This document shows, piece after piece, positions 38,950 to 47,087 of a stretch of 64,000 nt of DNA; position 1 is the stretch's first letter; every line of letters starts with the position of its first letter. The notes beneath the pieces were generated by a model that ran no database searches, was not told the origin of the DNA, and saw only the letters and a program-made list of their open reading frames with translations. The position numbers and the translations under genes were made by a program. The stretch is from Felis catus (lineage: Eukaryota). The stretch spans positions 7,626,001 through 7,690,000 of the forward strand of contig NC_058383.1 in assembly GCF_018350175.1 (NCBI RefSeq). Direction: 5' to 3'.

Positions 38950-40450
38950 GGGGTGGGGTGGAGGCCACCTCTCCCAGACTTCATTCCCACGGCCTGGTGT
39001 CCAGCGCTCCGGTCGCATGAGGGTTAACTTCGTGGGGGTGGGGACTCATGAGCGGTCGGCAAAGGGAGGGAGGAGCAGGAGGCGACCCAAGGCGCGGGGA
39101 GCCGGCCGGCTGGCCTGGGTCAGGCCTCAGAGGCCGCTGGAGCCCCGTGTGTCGCAGGCCACCGGGCAACCACTGGGGTACACGCTGCGCGCTGCGAGGG
39201 GTCCACCGCAGATCCCAGGCCCCAAACTTCAAGTCGGAAGGGGTGAGACGCTGGGCATAAAGACAGGTGGCAACCTGTCTGGACGCTGCCCTCCTCCCTG
39301 AGGACCGCCACCTCCACCCTACTGAATCTCAGCCCTTACTCCGGCCACTATATTGCCTTTGGCCCATGATGAAGCGGGGAGGCGGTGGTCCCACGGCGGC
39401 CCCAGAGGCCGAGCTGGGCGACGTGCCCCTGGTACTGCCGCGGCCCAGGGCCTGTCCCGCTGACGTGCGGCTCTGCGGCCACCTTCGGAAGCAGAAGTCC
39501 CAGCGCCGCCGCTTCTTCGTGCTGCGCGCGGATCCGCCGAGCCTAGAGTGCTACGAGAGCGAGAAGAAGTTCCGCGCCGGCCGAGCGCCGCCCAAGCTCA
39601 TCGTGAGCCTGGCGGGCGCGTGCACCATCAGCACGCGCGTGGACGCGCGCCAGCGCCACCTGATCCTCCTGTACACGCGTGACCGCAGCCTGGGCGTGGC
39701 GGCGGCCTGCGAGGCGGAGCAGCAGGCGTGGTACAGCGCCCTGCTTGAGGTGCGCGCGGCCGCTGGTGAGGCCCGACCCCTTGGCAGGTGGAGACGCGGC
39801 GGGGGGCTGGGAACCCGGGGTTGGTGATCGCGGGTTTTGTTTATCCTAGGTTGTCCCAGCAAGTCTCGGATATGAAGTTCAAACATGAAGCGTTAACACC
39901 TCTTTAATTCTTGGGGCACAGTGACTCCAACCTCCGGACCCAGGAGCCCTTTGTGATCAGCCCACTATCTCTCCAGGTCCCAGCTTTCACGAGGACCCCA
40001 AGGCCTGGATCCTTGCTCCATTTCAGGACGTCTGGCCCGTGACGCTGCGGCCCAAGGGACTGGGGAGGACACGAGGCCTGGGCAGCGGCCGCTATCGCCT
40101 GTGCCTGGGTTCGGGGGTGCTGAGCCTGCTGCGGAAGCCCAAGGGCAGAGGCTCTCGGGACACCCAGGCTTCGCCGCCGCCGGCCCTGCGCCTGTCGCTG
40201 CTCAGCGTGCGCCGCTGCGGCCACGCAGACTCCCTCTTCTTCCTGGAACTCGGCCGCTCGGCGCCCACGGGCCCCGGGGAGCTGTGGCTACAGGCGCCGG
40301 ATGCCGTGGTGGCCCAAAGCATTCACGAGACCGTACTGGCCGCCATGAAGCGACTCGGGGATGATGATGCCGGTGGCAGGACTGAGCCACTGCCAAGGGA
40401 TCCCCCGACGAGCTCTTACAGACCCTCTGTCTCCCAACCTTATGCGACCC
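38950..40450 (+). promoter_or_regulatory. CpG island over the IRS3 promoter and exons
   Basis: High CpG density from about 38950 through IRS3 exon 1 and the start of exon 2. Confidence 0.65.
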
Positions 40451-41145
40451 TGGCCTCGGCAGCCCAATCAAGCAGCCTGAGCCATCGCGGGAGTGTGGGT
40501 GAGAGGAAGGAGAAAGCAACCCCTGAGACCCTGGCGGCGCTGGCGACTGCAGCTTCGCACCCTGGGGAATTGGAGCGGGGCGGGGGCTACGTAGCCATGG
40601 GAGCTGGGAGCAACTACGAGGCCATGGGGGGTGGCCAAGCAGGTGGTTACATGGTGATGGCACCCCGGGGCCTTGCGGCGTTTGCCCATGCCCCTCCCCA
40701 CGAGCAGCTCCAGGGGTGCGGGGGCACTGAATACGTGCCCATGAGCCACTTTCTGCCAGGGTCCTTTTCCTTGAGCTCCCTGCCCTATTCCTATACGCCC
40801 AGGCCCAGGAGGCCGGGACCTTCTTTCCAAGGCCCCCCTCCCGCCGTCGGGGAATGTTGGGGACCGACAGGGGCTCATCCCTGCTTGCAACCACCTTCGG
40901 AGCTAGCAGGAGAGTATGTGTGCATCAGGTACGTGGCCCCACACCACTTAGGAATGAGCACTGCCATACAAGACCCGGCCAAAAACCGCCTCAACTATGT
41001 AGACCTGGACCTGCTCCCTCCATTGGAGGCTCAAGGCGACACCCCGGGGTCCAGCATTCACCACCCACACAGCTATGCCCGCATCGACTTCCAGAACCTC
41101 AGGGAGGTTCAGGTGAGGAGACACAGGCAGCCCCCTCCAGTCTAG
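39366..41145 (+). CDS. IRS3: Insulin receptor substrate 3, intact ORF (PH + PTB domains, YXXM motifs), about 522 aa
   Basis: join(39366..39765,39977..41145) = 1569 nt with a 211-nt GT-AG phase-1 intron. PH domain DVRLCGHLRKQKSQRRRFFVL..AWYSAL. IRS-type PTB FQDVWPVTL..SVRRCGHADSLFFLELGRSAPTGPGELW. Motifs YVAM, YEAM, YMVM, YVPM, YVDL, YARI. The start could be ATG 39366 or 39369. Confidence 0.92.
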
Positions 41146-41822
41146 CTGACAGATGGATGGGGAGGAGGAGAGAGAAAACAGGACAAATGCCTTCCTGCCA
41201 GCTCCCCTCAATTCCTCCCCTCACCCTTCCAAACCTGGAGGGGCTCTTAGGCACCGCCTGCCCCCCCCCCCCCCCAGGACCTGTGACTTGCAGAGCTCTG
41301 AGCTGCCCTTAGGCCTATTGCCCACTCTGCTCCTTCCAGATGTGGTGCCTGGGGAATCTTCAGGAAAAGGTTCCCCAAGAAGCTGGATTCTTTTAACGGA
41401 GAAAATTCTAGAGCCACCCTCCCCTCTTCCTGCCCACAAACCCCCAGCAAAGCCCTGATCCTTTCTCTCCTGGCAGAGTTCTTGAAGCATCACTCCAGAT
41501 TCCCAGGCTGGCTGACTTCTCTCACGTGGACCTGTTCCTCCCTACCTGCCTTGTGTCTCCTCCCAGCCAAAGAACTAATCCCCAGCCCCAGGGCTGAACT
41601 CCTAGGACCCCAAAGCAAGAGGGCTGAAAGCACCAGGTACCTTCCCTCTACTGCTTCCCAGAAGTGCTGTGCCACCCCCTTACTCCCTGATTTCCCTCTC
41701 TCAGCACCAGCCATGTGTTCACACAATCCTCCCTTCTATGGAGCCTGGCAGAGCTGATAGACTTCTTGCTTCCAAATACTGTCTGGGGGACTGTACTGTG
41801 GATCCCACACACACCCTGCCCT

Positions 41823-41828
41823 ATTAAA
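41823..41828 (+). terminator. Candidate IRS3 polyadenylation signal ATTAAA
   Basis: First canonical-type hexamer I found on + downstream of the IRS3 stop. Confidence 0.45.
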
Positions 41829-42018
41829 GGTGCCCTCCTTGGTCAGCCTGGAAAGGTCTTAGGTCCGTGGATTCCCCTGAGCTACTGTAGGGGTGACCAA
41901 TGAGTAACAAGAATTTGAGGGGAGGGCAGCCTAAGTTGTGTAGAGGAAGAGACTCCATCCCTGTCTCCATGCCCCACTCTGCTACTCACTACAAAGAGCC
42001 TGTTTGCAAACCAACACT

Positions 42019-42024
42019 TTTATT
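42019..42024 (-). terminator. SAP25 polyadenylation signal AATAAA
   Basis: tttatt on +, about 60 nt past the SAP25 stop. Confidence 0.75.
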
Positions 42025-42082
42025 GTCAACAGAAGCTGTCTAGGGGAGTAGGGGACCCATTCTGCACCCAGAAGGGATATGT

Positions 42083-43549
42083 TCAATGTGTGTCTGGGGT
42101 TTGAGGGGCAGATGGGTCAGTGCAGTGAGAACAGCTGGGGCCACCACTGGGGTCTGGGTGATCAGATACAGGGTCTGGGGGGCCAGCAGGGGGCGTGGGA
42201 GCCTCCAAAGCCACAGGTCTAGGAGGCCCCTGGCTCATCTGCAGGAGGCCAGTCAGGGCGATGAGCTCAGGCCCACTGAGCCAGGCAGTAGGGCAGCCAG
42301 GGGATGGGGTGCGGAGGACCCAGGGAGACATGATAGGAGGTGGGAGCAGCAGCTTCAGAGAGCCCATCACCTGAGGAGACAGGAGGGTGGAGTGTCTCCT
42401 CCCAAGCCCTGCATGAAAAATAGGCGAGGCCAGGGCAGGAAGTGCACTCACCTGTTGAGAGGCCTCAGACAGATACAGGGGAATACGCTGCCCACATGGC
42501 AGCAGAGGGTCTGAAACAAAGACATCTTCACAGCACATCACTGGGAACCCTGGAGAGGAGAAGCTGGGAGGGCAGCAGGCTGGGGTTCCCACATCGGCAA
42601 GGGCTGCACTGGTTCCCTGAGGAGCTCGTGCAGGGCCACTCCAGAGTCCCTGGGCCCAAGCAAAGTACCTGCATCCCTGGGCTCATGCTCTCCATTCTGA
42701 TGTCCTGTTGCAGGGGCCAGGGACCTGAGGTCCCGGCCTGAGGCTGCCTCATACAGTGGCCACAATGAGGGATGACACAAGGTCCGGCCTGAGAAGGAGG
42801 TGCCAGGTGCACAGCTGGGCCCCTGTGAAGGGAGCTTGACAGAACACTGGAGCTTGGGCTCCCTCCGAAGGCACCCCTGCCCCACCCCCAGGACAGAGCC
42901 GCAGGCACTCCCAACTCACCCACACCAGCCGGGGTCCCGCTTTAGCCTTGTAGTTGGGATCCCATGGTGCTAACACGGTCATCCTTGAGGGGGCCACCTC
43001 CCAGGCCATCTGAGGGGAAAGGGCTACTGGGGCGGGGGGGGGGGGGGGGGGGGGAACAGAGATTAAAACAGGCTCGGGAGTCGGTGGAAGGGTCCTGTGG
43101 GGTAAAGACCGCAAGGCCTGAACCTACCTGGCGTTGCCGGGGAATGATCCGCAGCCAGGCCTGGGGGAGGCCGGGACAGCAGCAGCTCTCTCCGGGTCCA
43201 GGAGGGCCTTCGGGACCGGGGCTGCGGGCTGGGAGCGGGAGGTACTGAGGTGCACCGGTCACAGCCTCCCCCGGTACTTCCTGGGCAGGGCCGAAGGTGC
43301 CTGGCGCATGGAGTCTGGGCACAGCCATTCTTCAGGGTCGGCAACGGAGATCTCCGCACACTGTGGGCCCCCTGTCGGACTTCCCTCCCGCCCAGCCCCT
43401 CACCTGTCCTGCGGGGGAGTTCCTGGCTCCTCCAGGGCTTCCTCTCCAAAGGTCGAGGTCTCCCCGGGGTCACTGCCAGCCGAGGAGCCATGTTCCTCGA
43501 GCGCCTGCTCTTTCCCCGCGTCCCACCGCCGAGGCGGCCCAGGCAACAT
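42083..43549 (-). CDS. SAP25: Sin3A-associated protein 25, about 289 aa long form
   Basis: complement(join(43549..43404,43221..43128,43009..42920,42822..42669,42549..42452,42370..42083)) = 870 nt. Peptides MAWEVAPSRMTVLAPWDP, FSGRTLCHPSLWPLYEAASG, GFPVMCCEDVFVSDPLL, and the Sin3-interaction region AWLSGPELIALTGLLQMSQ. The last four exons are secure; the exon 2 acceptor (43221) is inferred from phase. Confidence 0.88.
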
Positions 43550-43900
43550 GACGCCTCTGGCGGGGGAGGGCAGCGCAGGCCAGCCGCTCCGTGCCCCGTG
43601 TCCGCACCGTCCGTGCCTCCCACCTCGCCCCTCGCAGCCCCACGCGGCCCCCTCACGGCCCTCACCTCCCGCAGCACCCCGCCCAGCTCGCGGGGCCTCG
43701 CGGCCACGCCGGCGCCCAGCGCGTTTCCGGACCACGTGGCGCGCGCTCCCGCCGGGATCCCGCGGACGCCCCCTGGCGGCGGGGGTGGCTGGGCCCGCGC
43801 TTGGCAGCCGTTGGCTATGGAGGGGTGGCGCCCGGTGCGGGGAACTGCAGAACCCCAACATCAACGCGGAGGCGACCCTTTCCCCGCGAAGCACTGCTTT
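43050..43900 (-). promoter_or_regulatory. CpG island and promoter of SAP25
   Basis: CpG-dense around the SAP25 start codon; CTCF-like CCGCCAGGGGGCGT on the - strand near 43766-43780. Confidence 0.65.
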
Positions 43901-43915
43901 CGTTCACAGACGGAC

Positions 43916-43918
<3 letters not shown>

Positions 43919-43960
<42 letters not shown>
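43919..43960. repeat. (CA)n microsatellite between the LRCH4 poly(A) signal and the SAP25 promoter
   Basis: Read directly. Confidence 0.95.
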
Positions 43961-43963
<3 letters not shown>

Positions 43964-43993
43964 CCTGAGGGGCAGCCTAGAGGGCCCGACTTC

Positions 43994-43999
43994 TTTATT
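43994..43999 (-). terminator. LRCH4 polyadenylation signal AATAAA
   Basis: tttatt on +, followed on the transcript by a (UG)n tract (43919-43960) that could act as a GU-rich downstream element. Confidence 0.7.
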
Positions 44000-44223
44000 G
44001 CACTTGACACAAGACCCTTGGCCACACCCAGAGGCGGCCAGGCACCTTGCTGGACCGGGCCTGCTTCCAACCCCTCGGGAGGGCCGAGGGGCGCCCAAGG
44101 AACAGGGCCAGGCCCAAGGCCGCCCTCACCAGAGTCCTTGCTAGAAATCAGAAGCCGGGCACGGCTGTCTTCTCTGTTCCTGGGTTGCAGGCCAGGTCGG
44201 GGCCCTGCGCCCCTTCCTCAACC

Positions 44224-44328
44224 CTATGGCCTTTCCAGCAGTGCGTGGACGACAGCAGCGATGTAAGGGAGGCCCCTTCCTGGGGCCCCCTCCTCTTCCA
44301 GGATGTGATGGGGCTGGCACAGGGACTC
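44224..44328 (-). CDS. LRCH4: Alternative terminal coding exon of LRCH4 (ESLCQPHHILEEEGAPGRGLPYIAAVVHALLERP*), no TM helix
   Basis: Pyrimidine-rich acceptor ccctccccccag|GAG at phase 0 matches the exon 17 donor. It encodes 34 aa plus TAG and resembles the end of a CH domain (LCxPxxILE..GL..IAAVVHALL). Confidence 0.8.
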   Translation of the reverse strand, partial: ESLCQPHHILEEEGAPGRGLPYIAAVVHALLERP

Positions 44329-45148
44329 CTGGGGGGAGGGGCCCGGGTTAAGTTCCCTATGTCACCCTGTTCTCTCGGCTTCCCTGCCCTTCCTGGGAGC
44401 AGGGTGGGTGAAACCCCAAAGAAGCCTGGGCAAACAGGGCTGACGGGATGGCCCAGGTGGAGGCAGCAAAGTTCAGGGGCACCCTGGACATGGCTTGGGA
44501 CAAATGAGATGCAAGGAAGTTGCCAGCAGGTAACAGAAGGGAGATGACACAGGGGGCCAAGGCTCAGGGGAGGAGAGACCTGTCATTTCCAGAGGGAAAT
44601 GCTGGAGTAGGCAGGCTGGCACACAGAGCCCAAGGGGCACAGCCAGGACTGGGCCTGGCCACAGCAAGAGCAGACGCAAACACACACACAGAGGCGGCCA
44701 CGGTCTGTACAATTTATACACAGAGACAGGGACCCAGCCTGGGCCCCTGCAACTCCTACAAATATAGAGTTCTCTCTACAAAATATAGATAATTTAGCTC
44801 CCCATAACAGTGGGGGGACCGGGGTGGAGGGGGACGGCACAAGGAAGAAGGTTGAGATCTACCCTCTGAGGGAGCAGAGGGAAGGGCAGGGCCTGGAGGG
44901 AATGAAGGCACCATCAGCATGGAGAGGTGAGGGGCACAGGAAGGGGCTACAGGAGGGTGGCCAGAGGCTGGGGGCCCAGGGTCTGGGGGCACCAGAGTGG
45001 GGCCTCTGAGGTCAGTGTGTGTGTGGGGAGAGGGTTCACTAGTGTCTTTGGTAGGGGCTGAAGGCACCACTGGTAGGGATGGGGGTTGCACAGGAGTCTT
45101 ATAAATAGAAATAGGTGGAGGGGGCAGGGGAAAGGGTGACTTCAGGTC

Positions 45149-47053
45149 CTAGGAACCCAGGAGCCGAGTGTAGACGACATAGAGCAGCAGCATGAGGACC
45201 ACGTAGAAGAAGATGAAGCCGCCCAGACCAGAGGGGGGCCAGAGGGGTGGGGGGGCCCTGCCCCCCACCCGCTTCACAGCCTCCAGGGTGGTCCACAGCC
45301 CCTGGGCGGTGCCCTGGAGGAGATCCGAGGGCGAGCACAGGTCAGCCTGGGAAGGGAGAGTAGGACAGATGGACAAGGACAAAGAGCAGACGTCAGCAGC
45401 AGCAGCAAGACAATCCCTCCCCACCCCCTGCCCTCACGTGCCAAGGCCTGAGCCACACCAACATGCAGAGTGCAGGGCACGGAAGCATGCAGGGTAGGGA
45501 GGCGTGCAGGACCGGGACTTGTGGACGTGCTTTCTTCTGGGGAGCAGACACCCCTTTGAATGGAACCCTGCCATCCACACGGAGTGCTCAGCTGAGCCCA
45601 GGACATCGCCACTCTATAGTAGGGACTGGCCCTGGGTTCCTGAGAACACCGCCCCCATACCTCAGGCACCCCCATTTTTCGGCAGGCTTCTAAGAAACTC
45701 TCCACATTTTTCCGAGACTTGAGAGCACTAAGTTTTGGCTGCAGGAGGGCGAGAGAAGAAAAAGAAAAGAGTAAGAGAGGCCCTGGCAGTCCTCTGCCCC
45801 ATCCACTACTTCCCACCCTGGGACCCCACTGACCACAGCAGGCGAGGGAACATGGATGAAGGGCACGGAGCGGGGCCGCAGCTGGTTGGCCAGCTGACAG
45901 AGGATGACTCCATTGGCCAGAGCCTCCGCCAGGTCCTCAGGCAGGGGCCGCTGCAGCCGGGACTCCATTACCTAGAGGGCAGGAGGACGACAGGGGAGCA
46001 GTCAGGGTCAGTGGGGACTCCGGCCCACCCCTTCCATCCTCCTGAAGGCACCCACAGGGTGTGAAGTAGCCCCTCCCCGCCCCCACAGATCCCACCTCTC
46101 TCACCTGGCGCAGCTGTGCCATCAGCTCCTTCTCGTCCAGAAGCTGAGGGGGTCGCCGAGGCCTCACGGCAGAGTCTGGTGAGGAAGGGCCTGGAGAAAA
46201 AGGAGGAATGTGGGCTGTCTCTACCACCCACTGCCGACTTTCTAGCTGGGTCACCGTGTCTGGCACCCACATCTCCTGCCTTTGTACTTGTGGGGATTTT
46301 CAACACAAAGGGACAATAGACTGGAGAACTCCCAGGCCAGAAGGGGTGACCGCAGCCCAGGGGTTAGTGCTGGCTTAGCAATGGCGACAGGGGGAAACCC
46401 ACCTGAGCCACTCTGAGAGGAAGAACGGAAGAGGAAGCTGTTTGGTCTCTGAATGGAGCCGAGCGGCCGGGGAGCAGGCACTGTCGCTGGGGGCCAGAGC
46501 CAGGGGGCAGGTGAGAAAGACACCCCCTGGAGTCCCATGCTTCCCTCAGACCACCAGGCCCCAGCCACCCCCTCAGCTATACAGTCCCCCATCCTCTTCC
46601 CATAGTCCCTGTCCAACCTGGTCCAGCTGCAGGAAGGGGCTCCTGGGAGGCAGGGGTGGGGGCAGGGGCCGGGGGGGCTCCCTGCCCCCCTGAAGCTCCC
46701 AGTTGGGTGGCACTGGACTTGGGCATGCCGCTGAGGACAGACACACAGCAAATTAGAGGGGGTCCAGGGAGGGTGTGCAGGGAGATGGCTCAGGGAGGTG
46801 GAGTCGGGGAGGACACATACTTGTAGGAGGCCTGAGTGGATGAGGCCGCAGGACCTCCGCCAGCAGCCCTGACCCCCAGCTTCACAAAACTGGAAAGCAA
46901 AGGAGATGTGGGGTCGGCAGTGCAGGCAGCGGACCTGCAAACCCCGAGGGACAGAGTAGCTCACGAGGGCTCATTTCCACAGCCCCCTAGCCCCACCCCG
47001 CCCCTGCCCTCTGCCCACACCTGTCCTTCCGGGGGGCCCCCCACGCTCCGCTG

Positions 47054-47087
<34 letters not shown>

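Noticed and set aside
39267-39365. In-frame GTG upstream extension of IRS3
   Set aside because: Similarity to IRS3 begins at the MMKRGG ATGs, and nothing supports non-AUG initiation.
40202-40894. 230-aa antisense ORF
   Set aside because: Shadow of the GC-rich IRS3 exon 2.
43134-44266. Two long + strand ORFs (336 and 338 aa)
   Set aside because: They lie antisense over the very GC-rich SAP25 promoter and read through a (CA)n repeat. They are low-complexity P/R/G/A with no domain, as expected from stop-poor sequence.
44000-45816. Possible ortholog of the human ZASP annotation near the LRCH4 3' end
   Set aside because: I recall that protein ending in a TQV PDZ motif, and I found no ORF here with that ending. 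My recall is too uncertain to make a call.
46251-46964. 237-aa - strand ORF
   Set aside because: A patchwork of LRCH4 exons 12-14 and introns; only exon 14 is in the real frame.
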